Numbered from the stretch's first letter, positions 9,796-19,429 are shown. The stretch: 46,509 nucleotides of DNA from Candidatus Moduliflexus flocculans (GCA_000739515.1 DF820455.1:1258203-1304711), one strand, 5' to 3'. Program-made: numbers and translations. Notes: a model not told the origin generated them from the letters alone.

Positions 9796-9923
9796 CCACA
9801 AACATATTTTTTACATTTTACTTATGAATGAATTCTTTTGTAATTTTCGAGATATCCTGTTTGAAATCCAACTCGGAACGCGCAAAATTTTTCTTGACGG
9901 AAATTGCTGGCGGCACTTCAGCG

Positions 9924-11129
9924 ATGAATATGGCCAATTTACATGAGTATTTTACAACCTATCACCGCCCGGTCTGGGCGGAAATTGATTTGGATGGCAT
10001 CGAACATAATTTGCGGGAATTCCGGCGCATTCTCCCGGCGCAGACGCAGATAATGGCGGTCGTCAAAGCCGACGCTTACGGACATGGCGCGTATCAGGTG
10101 GCGCAAACGGCGTTGCAATCGGGTGCATCGTGGCTCGCGGTGGCATTGGTCGAAGAAGGCATCTGCCTGCGGCGGAAAGGGATTACCGCGCCGCTTCTAC
10201 TGCTCGGCATCTCTGCACCTGGCACGGAACACGCGGTACTTGAACATGACCTGCGCCCGATGGTCTGCACGGTCGAATCGGCGCGGCGCTTTTCGGAATG
10301 CGGCCAGGCGATGCAAAAAACCGTTCAGTTTCACCTGAAGCTCGACACCGGCATGGGGCGCGTCGGCGTTCGTCCCGACAATTTGCCTACATTGCTCGAC
10401 ACGATCAGCGATCTGCCAAACCTTGAAATGGAAGGCGTGTTCACACATTTTGCGAAAGCAGACGAAACCGATAAAACCTATTCTCATTTACAAATCCGGC
10501 GGTTTCAAGAGTGCCTACATCGGATTCGACAGGGCGGATTCGCGCCGCGCTTCTGCTATCTTGCCAACAGCGCGGGCACGATGGAATTGCCGGACGCTCA
10601 CGCTGATATGGCGCGAATCGGCATTTCATTATATGGCATGTATCCGTCTGCCGAGGTTGATCCCGCTATTGTGCATCTCAAGCCGGTCTTGTGTTGGAAA
10701 ACCCGCGTTGTGCATCTCAAAACGCTGCCGCCGGGAGAAGCGGTCAGCTATGGCGGCCTGTTCGTGACGCAACGGCCAACCGTTGTCGCCACGCTGCCAG
10801 TCGGTTATGCGGACGGCTTTCGGCGACGGCTCTGGAAACAGCATTGGCATGTGCTGATTCGCGGGCAACGCGCTCCGATTATCGGGCGCATCTGCATGGA
10901 TATGTGCATGATTGATGCGACCGACATTCCCGGCGTGATGGTCGGCGACGAGGTTGTCTTAATTGGTTCACAGGGCGCGGAAACGATTCTAGCTGACGAC
11001 ATGGCCACCGCGCTTGACACGATTAACTATGAAATCACCTGTCTTGTCGGCAAGCGCGTACCGCGCATTTATCGGCGGCAGGGCGAAATCATTGGCATCG
11101 AAAGCCTGTTAGGCGAGCACGCTGCCTGA
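9924..11129 (+). CDS. alr: Alanine racemase (PLP-dependent).
   Basis: PLP-lysine motif AVVKADAYGHGA. The RPVWAEIDLDGIEHNLR N-terminus is typical of Alr. Length from ATG 9924 is about 400 aa. The ORF-track start at 9828 is probably too far upstream. Confidence 0.85.
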   Translation: MNMANLHEYFTTYHRPVWAEIDLDGIEHNLREFRRILPAQTQIMAVVKADAYGHGAYQVAQTALQSGASWLAVALVEEGICLRRKGITAPLLLLGISAPGTEHAVLEHDLRPMVCTVESARRFSECGQAMQKTVQFHLKLDTGMGRVGVRPDNLPTLLDTISDLPNLEMEGVFTHFAKADETDKTYSHLQIRRFQECLHRIRQGGFAPRFCYLANSAGTMELPDAHADMARIGISLYGMYPSAEVDPAIVHLKPVLCWKTRVVHLKTLPPGEAVSYGGLFVTQRPTVVATLPVGYADGFRRRLWKQHWHVLIRGQRAPIIGRICMDMCMIDATDIPGVMVGDEVVLIGSQGAETILADDMATALDTINYEITCLVGKRVPRIYRRQGEIIGIESLLGEHAA

Positions 11130-11149
11130 CGTGGTATTTCTTCACATTC

Positions 11150-12115
11150 ATGACATCTGAAAAATTTGAAACGCGGGGCAACGTGCATCATCAGGCGTAT
11201 CACATGCCGTTATCGTATGCGATCAGCGATACCTTTTCAGATGACCTGCGCGAGCCTCATCGCTATAAAATCGCGTTGATCACGTCAGGTTCGGGCATTC
11301 TCACGCTCGCGAACGAACGCCGCGCGTTTATCGCACCTTCCATCCTCTGTTTAAGCGAAACTTCCGCCATGCGCGTCGAAAAAGCGGCAAGCGTTGCGCT
11401 GCATCTCGTGTATTTTCACCCGACGGTCATCAACAGAACCTTGACATTTGCGAGCATGCGCACTGAGTATCGCGATATCTATTCGCCAGAAGCGATGGAT
11501 TACAGTTCGCTGCGTCCGTTTCGGCATCAGCATCATGCCGGATGGCTGCACAATTTAGGGTTGGTAGAAGCGCAACGCCTTCAGGAGATTTTCAACGCGC
11601 TTGCGCGACAATTGGAAACGCAGCCCGACGGCTACTGGCCGTGCCGGTCGAGAACCTATCTGATTGAACTGCTGTTCGCGCTTGCGCAACTCTATTTAAA
11701 CGAAACGCATGAGCAGGAAATCGGGCCGCAATGCGTGAAATTCGAATTGCCGACGCCGCCGGAGCAGCCAGAGATTTATCCGGTGTTAGTGCATTTGCTG
11801 AATAATTATCATAAGCGCATCACGATTCCAGAATTGAGCAAGACGTTTCACACGAACAGAAATTCCCTGAGCCAGAAGTTCAAAAAAGCCACAGGAACGA
11901 CAGTGGTGGATTATTTAAGCAAAGTGAGAGTGCGAGTGGCGTGTCAGTTGTTAAAAGATTCAAGCCTGCCGATTGTCGAGATCTCCGAGCGCACGGGCTA
12001 TGTAGATGTCACGCATTTTGGCCGGACATTCCGAAAATACACCAGCCTTTCGCCATCTGAATATCGCGACCGTTATCAAGGTGAGGTTTCGTTAAGGCCG
12101 CATCAGGAAAACTAA
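11150..12115 (+). CDS. AraC/XylS-family transcriptional regulator: N-terminal sensor domain plus C-terminal double HTH.
   Basis: C-terminal region ITIPELSKTFHTNRNSLSQKFKKATGTTVVDYLSKVRVRVACQLL...ISERTGYVDVTHFGRTFRKYTSLSPSEYR matches the AraC HTH signature. Confidence 0.8.
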   Translation: MTSEKFETRGNVHHQAYHMPLSYAISDTFSDDLREPHRYKIALITSGSGILTLANERRAFIAPSILCLSETSAMRVEKAASVALHLVYFHPTVINRTLTFASMRTEYRDIYSPEAMDYSSLRPFRHQHHAGWLHNLGLVEAQRLQEIFNALARQLETQPDGYWPCRSRTYLIELLFALAQLYLNETHEQEIGPQCVKFELPTPPEQPEIYPVLVHLLNNYHKRITIPELSKTFHTNRNSLSQKFKKATGTTVVDYLSKVRVRVACQLLKDSSLPIVEISERTGYVDVTHFGRTFRKYTSLSPSEYRDRYQGEVSLRPHQEN

Positions 12116-12204
12116 ATATAACGTCCCGCGAACATCCTCGTTGCTCGCTGACAAGACAAGCGAACGAGGATATGTTCGCGGGACGAAAAAGGAGTACCAG
12201 GACT

Positions 12205-13533
12205 ATGAAATTTCCATCTGATTTTTTGTGGGGCGTTGCGACGTCATCGTATCAAATCGAAGGCGCAGTTGCTGAAGACGGGCGCGGTGAGTCTATCTGG
12301 GATCGCTTTGCCGCGCAGCCGGGCAAAATCAAAGACGGCAGCAGCGGCGCGGTGGCCTGCGATCATTATCATCGCTATCGCGAAGATGTCGGGCTGATGC
12401 GGGAATTAGGCGTCAACGCCTATCGGTTCAGCATCGCCTGGCCGCGTGTCCTGCCGAAAGGCTTCGGACGCGTCAATGACGCCGGTCTCGATTTTTATGA
12501 CAAATTAGTGGATGAATTGCTGAAATCGAAGATTACTCCGGCAGTCACGCTCTATCACTGGGATTTGCCGCAAGCGCTGCAAGATCGTGGCGGCTGGGGG
12601 CATCGTGACACGGCGCAAGCATTCGCGGAATTCGCGCAGGCAGTAGCACGGCGGCTGGGGGACCGCATCCCGATCTGGTTTACGCATAACGAAATGTGGT
12701 GCACGGCGTTTTTAGGCCATGCCAACGATATGTACGCGCCCGGTTACTCAAACTTCGCCTTAGCGCTGCAAGCGGCGCATCATGTGCTGGTATCGCATGG
12801 GCTGGCTGTGCCGGTGCTGCGCGAAGAATGCGCGAAGACCGCAAACATCGGAATTGCGCCGAATATTGCCTATCCGCTTCCAGCCACAGACGCGCTGTCC
12901 GATGCAGAAGCGGCGCGGCGTTTTGATGGCTTTTTCAATCGCTGGTTTCTTGATCCGCTCGCCGGAAAAGGTTATCCGCAAGATATGTGGGAATGTTATA
13001 AAGGATATACGCCGCATATCGAAGACGGCGATTTTCAGATTATCGCCGCGCCGCTCGATTTTCTCGGCATCAATTACTATAATCCGGATCGGATTGCCGA
13101 TGATCCGGCTGGCGTCCTGCCGCCATATACGCGCCAGATTCCTGATCCGACGCTGAAACGGACGGCGGATCGCGAGATTTACGCGCCGGGCTTATATGAG
13201 TCGCTGACGCGGCTTCACCGGGATTACGGCTTCCCGGCGATGTATATCACGGAAAACGGCGCGGCGTATCCTGATGCCGTTGCGGAAGACGGCGGCGTGC
13301 ATGACGCCGAACGGATCGCGTTTTTACAAGCGCATTTCGAGCAGGCCGCGCGAGCGATTGACGCGGGCGTGCCGTTAAAAGGCTATTTTGTCTGGTCGTT
13401 AATGGATAACTTCGAATGGTCGCAAGGCTACACCCTGCGTTATGGCCTGACGTATGTGGATTTTGCGACGCAGCAGCGCATTTTCAAAGACAGCGCCCGC
13501 TGGTATCGAGAGTTTATCGAGACGCAAAGATGA
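12205..13533 (+). CDS. bglA: GH1 beta-glucosidase.
   Basis: Motifs FLWGVATSSYQIEGA, TLYHWDLP and YITENGAA (catalytic nucleophile). An AGGAG RBS lies 8 nt upstream of ATG 12205. Confidence 0.9.
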   Translation: MKFPSDFLWGVATSSYQIEGAVAEDGRGESIWDRFAAQPGKIKDGSSGAVACDHYHRYREDVGLMRELGVNAYRFSIAWPRVLPKGFGRVNDAGLDFYDKLVDELLKSKITPAVTLYHWDLPQALQDRGGWGHRDTAQAFAEFAQAVARRLGDRIPIWFTHNEMWCTAFLGHANDMYAPGYSNFALALQAAHHVLVSHGLAVPVLREECAKTANIGIAPNIAYPLPATDALSDAEAARRFDGFFNRWFLDPLAGKGYPQDMWECYKGYTPHIEDGDFQIIAAPLDFLGINYYNPDRIADDPAGVLPPYTRQIPDPTLKRTADREIYAPGLYESLTRLHRDYGFPAMYITENGAAYPDAVAEDGGVHDAERIAFLQAHFEQAARAIDAGVPLKGYFVWSLMDNFEWSQGYTLRYGLTYVDFATQQRIFKDSARWYREFIETQR

Positions 13534-13535
13534 TA

Positions 13536-13620
13536 GAACGCGGATGACGCGGATTGCGGATTCTCGCAAAAATTATTTTTATCATCGAAAATCCGAACAA
13601 TCCGCGTCATCCGCGTTCTC
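13536..13620. terminator. Family-4 long hairpin, GAACGCGGATGACGCGGATTG ... CAATCCGCGTCATCCGCGTTC. It sits between two convergent genes and probably acts as a bidirectional terminator.
   Basis: A 21-bp perfect inverted repeat with an AT-rich roughly 40-nt interior. A related copy lies at 38516-38605. Confidence 0.6.
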
Positions 13621-13632
13621 TTTCCAAAACGC

Positions 13633-14355
13633 TTACTCGTTCGTTTTAATCACGACCATCATTTTGTCTTTCAGCAGCGCGGCAAAGGCGTCCGCGTCTT
13701 CCGTTTTGCCTTCATATAAGCCGTAGTGAATCGGAATCGCGATTTTGGCCTTCACGTCGAGCGCGGCGTCCGCCGCCTCCTGCACGCTGTTCATCGTGTA
13801 GGTCTGTCCGAGCGGCAGCAGCGCAATGTCGCATGCTATCTCTTTCATCTCCGGGATGCGTTCCGTATCGCCGGAATGATAAATTCTTACGCCGTCAGTC
13901 GTGAAAATATAACCGACCCAATTATTCGCTTTCGGATGAAATTTGGTTTTTACAACATTGTACGCCGGAACGACTTCGACGGTGAATCCGTCTTGCTCCC
14001 GTTTCATGCCAGGCTCAACCGCGATTACCGTCGCTTTTTCGAACTGTTTTTGCAGGGTTTCGGCGACATCTTTCGGCGCAAAAAAGACGGTGGTGTCTTT
14101 CATCACCTTGCGGATGTCATTCGGCGAAAAATGATCTTCATGGGCATGCGTAATGAAAATGAAATCCGCCGGGTCGTCTTTTTCTAATTGCAGCGGATCA
14201 ACATACAATGACTTCCCGTCCATTTCGATTTTAACGGTCGCCTGACCGAACCAGTGAATCTTTTCCGCCATCTGCTCCGGCGTGCTGGCGGCCAGCGCAA
14301 ATGACGCGCACATCAATATTCCTGCAATCATCATGAGAAAAGCAGCATTTTTCAT
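13633..14355 (-). CDS. Secreted metallo-beta-lactamase-fold hydrolase.
   Basis: N-terminal signal peptide MKNAAFLMMIAGILMCASFALA. HxHxDH motif ITHAHEDHF, with downstream conserved His/Asp. Confidence 0.75.
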   Translation of the reverse strand: MKNAAFLMMIAGILMCASFALAASTPEQMAEKIHWFGQATVKIEMDGKSLYVDPLQLEKDDPADFIFITHAHEDHFSPNDIRKVMKDTTVFFAPKDVAETLQKQFEKATVIAVEPGMKREQDGFTVEVVPAYNVVKTKFHPKANNWVGYIFTTDGVRIYHSGDTERIPEMKEIACDIALLPLGQTYTMNSVQEAADAALDVKAKIAIPIHYGLYEGKTEDADAFAALLKDKMMVVIKTNE

Positions 14356-14409
14356 AGAATCTCCTTTGTTTGATAATTATACCAATTGCGGTCAATTTTC
14401 GCCTGTTCA

Positions 14410-14442
14410 CCGTAGAGACGCTCCGGCGGGGCGTATCTACGA
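14410..14442. repeat. Degenerate family-3 palindrome (GTAGAGACGC...GCGTATCTAC).
   Basis: 8/10 match to the GTAGAGACGC/GCGTCTCTAC arms seen at 39199 and 41971. Confidence 0.35.
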
Positions 14443-14922
14443 GAGAGATGATCTTTTCAGGCACAATTGGCATTCGTTCATTTTACAGATGCGAGCCTTG
14501 ATTGCCATAAAGCTTCATCGGAGTGTTCAAGGTTCGCACCGCTCCCATCACACCGGCTGACATCGGCCTCGCTTCCTCCAGCCACGCGCCGCAGAACCGC
14601 ATTGGCATCAGAAACATTTCCGAATATGCGCCTTAATTTACAACACATTGGAAAAAATACAAGAGCAAATTCGCAGCAAAATTCTGCATATCATCACATT
14701 TTTTTCGCCCGTTCTGAAACGCGCCGCATGAACACGGCGAACGCGGAAAGGCGAAAAAATTTCGTCCTCCATGCGCATGGAGAACTTTTCTCTTTTAATA
14801 CTTGACTTTCCTCTGGCCTCTTTAAAAATAGTGTCTCTATCCGATTTTATGCTGGAAACGGCATTTTTATACCACGAAAACACGCAGCAATTACATACAC
14901 GTTCAAGGGAGGAACATGGTCT

Positions 14923-15672
14923 ATGTCAGGTCATTCCAAGTGGCATTCCATTCGCCACAAAAAGGGGAAAATTGACGCGCAGCGCGGCAAGATTTTTACG
15001 CGCTTAATTAAAGAATTAACAGTTGCCGCCAGAATGGGCGGCGGCGATCCGAACGGCAATGCGCGGCTGCGCACCGCGATTGCGGGCGCAAAGGCGGCCA
15101 ATATGCCGGCGGATAACATTGATCGCGCCATCAAAAAAGGCACGGGCGAACTCGAAGGCGTCTCGTATGAAGAAATCACGTATGAAGGCTATGGCCCGGC
15201 GGGCGTCGCGGTAATGATTGACGTGATGACGGACAACAAAAACCGCACCGTGGCGGATATTCGGCATATTATCAGCAAAAACGGCGGCAACCTCGGCGCG
15301 GCCAACTGCGTAGGCTGGATGTTCCATCGCAAAGGCGTGATTCAAGTGAGCGCCGAAGACGCCAACGAAGACGAGTTATTAGAAATCGCGCTCGATGCTG
15401 GCGCGGAAGATATGACGAACGAAGGAGATACGTTCCAGATTTTGACCGCAGTCGAAAATTTCGAAGATGTGCGCAGCACGCTTGAACAAAAGGGGATTCC
15501 GATGCTGAGCGCGGAACTGAGCCGCTTGCCGGAAAATACCGTCAAAATCACCGACGCGAAAGAAGCGGCCAAAGTGATGAAACTGATGGATGCGCTGGAA
15601 AATAGCGACGACGTGCAGAACGTGTACGCGAATTTTGACATTCCTGAAGAGATTCTGGAAAGCCTGGAATAA
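14923..15672 (+). CDS. yebC: YebC/PmpR-family transcriptional regulator.
   Basis: MSGHSKWHSIRHKKGKIDAQRGKIFTRLIKE is a hallmark of the family. An AAGGGAGG RBS lies 10 nt upstream. Confidence 0.9.
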   Translation: MSGHSKWHSIRHKKGKIDAQRGKIFTRLIKELTVAARMGGGDPNGNARLRTAIAGAKAANMPADNIDRAIKKGTGELEGVSYEEITYEGYGPAGVAVMIDVMTDNKNRTVADIRHIISKNGGNLGAANCVGWMFHRKGVIQVSAEDANEDELLEIALDAGAEDMTNEGDTFQILTAVENFEDVRSTLEQKGIPMLSAELSRLPENTVKITDAKEAAKVMKLMDALENSDDVQNVYANFDIPEEILESLE

Positions 15673-15678
15673 CGGCGC

Positions 15679-16176
15679 ATGAGAACGCTCGGCATTGATC
15701 CCGGCTCGCTGAAAAGCGGCTATGGCGTGGTGGATGAGCAGCAAGGGCAACTGACGATGGTGGAGTACGGCGTGATTCGGACGAAATCCGACGCGCCGCT
15801 CGCTGAGCGCCTCTTGACGATCAGTCAGCGCGTGCGTGAATTGATTGACCGGTACGCGCCTGACGACGTCGCCGTTGAAGAAGTGTTTATGGCGACGAAC
15901 GCACAATCCTCCCTGAAATTAGGACAGGCCAGAGGCGCAATTCTCCTGACTGCCGCGCAAGCCGGGATCAGCGTGGCGGAATATACGCCGCTGCAAGTCA
16001 AGCAATCGGTCGTGGGGTATGGCCGGGCCGAAAAAACGCAGGTGCAGCAGATGGTCAAAGTCTTGTTGCGCCTGACCGAACTGCCGTCGCCGGACGATGC
16101 GGCGGACGCGCTCGCCATCGCGATCTGCCACCATCATTCGGTGAAAATGAATCGTCAGCTTGCGCAGGGACGATAG
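15679..16176 (+). CDS. ruvC: Holliday-junction resolvase RuvC.
   Basis: N-terminal MRTLGIDPGSLKSGYGVV with catalytic Asp. C-terminal DAADALAIAICH. Confidence 0.9.
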   Translation: MRTLGIDPGSLKSGYGVVDEQQGQLTMVEYGVIRTKSDAPLAERLLTISQRVRELIDRYAPDDVAVEEVFMATNAQSSLKLGQARGAILLTAAQAGISVAEYTPLQVKQSVVGYGRAEKTQVQQMVKVLLRLTELPSPDDAADALAIAICHHHSVKMNRQLAQGR

Positions 16177-16222
16177 CCCGAAAAGAAAATTAAACACGAC
16201 ATATCTTTGAAAAGGGTTGACT

Positions 16223-16816
16223 ATGATCGCTCGACTGACTGGCAAACTCGCCCTGAAAAACCCTGATGAAATCCTGCTTGATGTCGGTGGTGTCGGTTAT
16301 CAGGTGTTCATCCCGCTCTCCACGTTTTACGAACTCCCGGAACGGGGCGAACTCATCACCCTCCAGATTTACACCGCCATGCGGGAGAACGCCATCGAAC
16401 TGTTCGGCTTTCTCACGCTCAAAGAAAAAGAAATCTTCAAGCTCCTCTTAAATGTTTCAAAAATCGGTCCAAAGTTGTCATTAAATATCTTATCGGGCAT
16501 CGCCTGCGACGACCTGACCGCCGCGCTCGCCAGCGGCGACATTTTGAAGTTGCGCGGCATTCCAGGCATCGGGCAGAAAACCGCTGAGCGGATGATTCTC
16601 GAATTAAAAGACAAAGTGCCGAAAGCGCAGGCCGCCGCCGGACAGGACGTCGCGCTGCCGGGCGAACTCTTCGACGATGCGCTCTCCGCGCTGCTGAATC
16701 TCGGCTATAAACGCCCGAACGCCGAACGCGCCGTCAAACGTGCCATCACCGAAGCCGGGCGGGATACGCATCTTGAGGAAATTATCCGGCTGTCGTTGAA
16801 ATATATTGCGTTGTAA
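16223..16816 (+). CDS. ruvA: Holliday-junction helicase subunit RuvA.
   Basis: MIARLTGKL...ILLDVGGVGYQV... matches the RuvA N-terminus. HhH motifs IGPKLSLNILSG and IPGIGQKTAERMILEL. Confidence 0.9.
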   Translation: MIARLTGKLALKNPDEILLDVGGVGYQVFIPLSTFYELPERGELITLQIYTAMRENAIELFGFLTLKEKEIFKLLLNVSKIGPKLSLNILSGIACDDLTAALASGDILKLRGIPGIGQKTAERMILELKDKVPKAQAAAGQDVALPGELFDDALSALLNLGYKRPNAERAVKRAITEAGRDTHLEEIIRLSLKYIAL

Positions 16817-16823
16817 CATTGAA

Positions 16824-16975
16824 ACCACGAAACACACAAAATACACGAAAAAAATCGAACACTGATAACCTGATTGGACTGATTGACACTGATTTTTTAT
16901 CAGGATTGTTCAGCATGATCAGTCCAATCAGTGTTCTATTGATTTTTTCGTGTCGTTCGTGTGTTTCGTGGTGAA
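16824..16975. repeat. Roughly 150-bp nested palindrome between ruvA and ruvB. Outer 45-bp imperfect inverted repeat, inner perfect 14-bp inverted repeat (CTGATTGGACTGAT/ATCAGTCCAATCAG), central CTGATTTTTTATCAG. CTGAT recurs four times at 8-10 bp spacing.
   Basis: Read directly from the sequence. It occupies the entire ruvA-ruvB intergenic gap. Confidence 0.6.
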
Positions 16976-16986
16976 TTATTCACAGA

Positions 16987-18057
16987 ATGGATACCGAAAA
17001 ACGTTTAGTCAGCCCGGATCACCGTGCCGAAGATTTCGATGTCGAGCGGTCGCTGCGCCCGCAGCATATTGACGAATACATCGGCCAGCAAAAGCTGAAA
17101 GAGACGCTGTCCATCTTTATTCAGGCCGCCAAAGAGCGCGGCGAGGCGCTGGATCATGCGCTGTTTTATGGCCCGCCGGGGCTTGGCAAAACGACGCTTG
17201 CGCATATCATCGCCAAAGAGATGAACGTCAACATCAAAACCACGTCCGGGCCGGTCATCGAACACGCGGGCGAATTGTCGGGCATTCTGACCAATCTCGC
17301 CGAGAAAGACGTGCTGTTTATTGACGAAATTCATCGCCTGAACCGCGTTGTCGAAGAAAATTTGTATCCGGCAATGGAAGATTTTCAGTTGGATCTGATT
17401 GTCGGGCAGGGGCCGAACGCTCGCTCGATCAAGCTGAATATTCCGCATTTCACGCTGGTCGGCGCGACGACCCGCGTCGGGCTGATGACCTCGCCGATGC
17501 GCGACCGCTTCGGCATCATTCATCGCCTCGAATTTTATACGCCGCAGGAATTGCAGCAGATTGTCACGCGCTCGGCGCATATTCTGAAAATCGAGATCGA
17601 GCCGGAAGGCGCGAACGAAATCGCGCGACGCTCGCGCGGCACGCCGCGCATCGCGAATCGCTTGCTGCGGCGCATCCGCGACATCGCGCAAGTCAAGGGC
17701 AAGAACGTCATCACGCTGGAAATCGCGAAGCTCGGATTGAAAATGTTGGAAGTTGATGAAATCGGGCTTGACTTTATGGATCGAAATCTGTTATTGACAA
17801 TCATTGAAAAGTTCGATGGCGGCCCGGTCGGGTTGGATACGCTCGCTGCCGCAATCAGCGAGGAAAAAGACACGATTGAAGATGTGTACGAGCCGTTTCT
17901 GATTCAATGCGGATTCGTGGAACGGACGCCGCGCGGCAGAAAAGCGACGAAATTGGCATACCAGCATTTCGGGCAAACGCTGCCGCCGCAAAAACAGCCG
18001 GGAAGTAGTCAGCCGTTATTGTGGACAGGGGAAGATCAACCATTAATCATTACCTAA
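16987..18057 (+). CDS. ruvB: Holliday-junction branch-migration ATPase RuvB.
   Basis: Walker [16 protein letters not shown]. Conserved LEQYIGQ-like N-terminus. Length 356 aa. Confidence 0.92.
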   Translation: MDTEKRLVSPDHRAEDFDVERSLRPQHIDEYIGQQKLKETLSIFIQAAKERGEALDHALFYGPPGLGKTTLAHIIAKEMNVNIKTTSGPVIEHAGELSGILTNLAEKDVLFIDEIHRLNRVVEENLYPAMEDFQLDLIVGQGPNARSIKLNIPHFTLVGATTRVGLMTSPMRDRFGIIHRLEFYTPQELQQIVTRSAHILKIEIEPEGANEIARRSRGTPRIANRLLRRIRDIAQVKGKNVITLEIAKLGLKMLEVDEIGLDFMDRNLLLTIIEKFDGGPVGLDTLAAAISEEKDTIEDVYEPFLIQCGFVERTPRGRKATKLAYQHFGQTLPPQKQPGSSQPLLWTGEDQPLIIT

Positions 18058-18069
18058 GGAGGGACACGT

Positions 18070-19347
18070 ATGCGAAATACGCTTGCCATGATTCTTGCAG
18101 GAGGCCAGGGAAGCCGCCTCACGATTTTTTCAAGCTCTCGCGCCAAGCCCGCCGTGCCGTTTGGCGGCATTTACCGGATCATTGATTTTGCGTTGAGCAA
18201 TGTCATGCACGCAAAAATCAACGTGGTCGGCGTACTGACGCAGTATCGGCCCAGTTCGCTCATGGATCATCTGAAAAAAGGCGATCCGTGGGATTTCGTC
18301 GGGCGCAACCGCGAAATTAAAGTCCTGCCGCCGTACACCGGAACACATAGCTCGGACTGGTACAAAGGAACAGCAGACGCGATTTATCAAAATCTGTGGT
18401 ACATCAAGCGCTACAAGCCGAAAAACGTGTTGATTCTCGGCGGCGACCATATTTATTATATGGATTATTGGAAAATGGTGGCGTATCATGAAGAAAAAGG
18501 CGCTGATTTGACGATTGCCACGATGAACGTGCCATACGAAGAAGCCAGCCGGTTCGGGATTATGACGGTGAACGAAGAAAATCGGATCATCCGATTTCAT
18601 GAAAAGCCGAAAGAACCGGAAAGCACGCTGGCCTCAATGGGCATTTACGTGTTCAATGCCGATATTTTGACCCGCAAATTGATGGCGGACGCCAAAGACC
18701 CTGGAAGCCAGCACGATTTCGGCAGCAATATCATTCCTGAAATGATTCAGGAAAATCGCGTGTTTAATTACGTGTTCGAAGGCTATTGGAGAGATGTCGG
18801 CACGGTGCAATCGTTCCTTGACGCCAATATGGATTTGTTGAACCCCGCCTCCGGCCTTGATCTCGGCAAATGGGATGTGCATACGAACCTGGAAGAGCGG
18901 AACGTCGCGGATCGTCCGCCCGCCAAAATCATGTCGAACGCCAGCGTTTCGAACTCCATGCTGTCGCGTGGCTGCGTGATTGACGGCGTCGTGGAGCAGA
19001 GCATTCTGTCGCCTGGCGTGATCATCGAAAAAGGCGCGGTCGTGAAAAACGCGATCATCATGCACGATTGCGTGATTCGCGAAAACGCCGTGCTTGAAAA
19101 TGTCGTGACCGACAAAGATGTGATCTTCGGCAAAGGTTCTCAGGTCGGCGTCAGCGGCGAGAATGTCCCCAATCGCATCTACCCCAAATACCTCAACACA
19201 GGCATCAGCATTTTCGGTAAAGGCGCACGCGTGCCGGACAATGTCAGCATCGGACGTAACTGCGTCATCTTTCCGCTTGCGAACGAAACCCATTACACCG
19301 GCACAACGGTGGAAAGCGGCGATAGCGTCGGCGCGGAAGACGCGTAA
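18070..19347 (+). CDS. glgC: Glucose-1-phosphate adenylyltransferase.
   Basis: MILAGGQGSRL...PAVPFGG.YRIIDFALSN is the canonical GlgC N-terminus. An AAGGAGGG RBS is present. Confidence 0.9.
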   Translation: MRNTLAMILAGGQGSRLTIFSSSRAKPAVPFGGIYRIIDFALSNVMHAKINVVGVLTQYRPSSLMDHLKKGDPWDFVGRNREIKVLPPYTGTHSSDWYKGTADAIYQNLWYIKRYKPKNVLILGGDHIYYMDYWKMVAYHEEKGADLTIATMNVPYEEASRFGIMTVNEENRIIRFHEKPKEPESTLASMGIYVFNADILTRKLMADAKDPGSQHDFGSNIIPEMIQENRVFNYVFEGYWRDVGTVQSFLDANMDLLNPASGLDLGKWDVHTNLEERNVADRPPAKIMSNASVSNSMLSRGCVIDGVVEQSILSPGVIIEKGAVVKNAIIMHDCVIRENAVLENVVTDKDVIFGKGSQVGVSGENVPNRIYPKYLNTGISIFGKGARVPDNVSIGRNCVIFPLANETHYTGTTVESGDSVGAEDA

Positions 19348-19361
19348 ATCCCGCCACCGAA

Positions 19362-19397
19362 CCCGTCAGACACCTGCAAGGTGTCTGACGGGTTTTA
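19362..19397 (+). terminator. Family-2 hairpin CCCGTCAGACACCT-gcaa-AGGTGTCTGACGGG followed by TTTTAC. Candidate intrinsic terminator of glgC.
   Basis: 14-bp perfect stem. A second copy with the same GTCAGACACCT core lies at 29760-29796. Confidence 0.6.
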
Positions 19398-19429
19398 CAA
19401 TTCTCAACAACAAGGAGTAAATAAGAACG

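Noticed and set aside
18634-19293. 219-aa minus-strand ORF, and similar long antisense ORFs at 17005-17691, 20643-21500, 34299-34898 and 15379-15906.
   Set aside because: Each is fully embedded antisense to a strongly supported conserved gene (glgC, ruvB, the lipoprotein gene, cbiG, yebC/ruvC). None has an RBS or recognisable motifs. They are typical high-GC frame artefacts.
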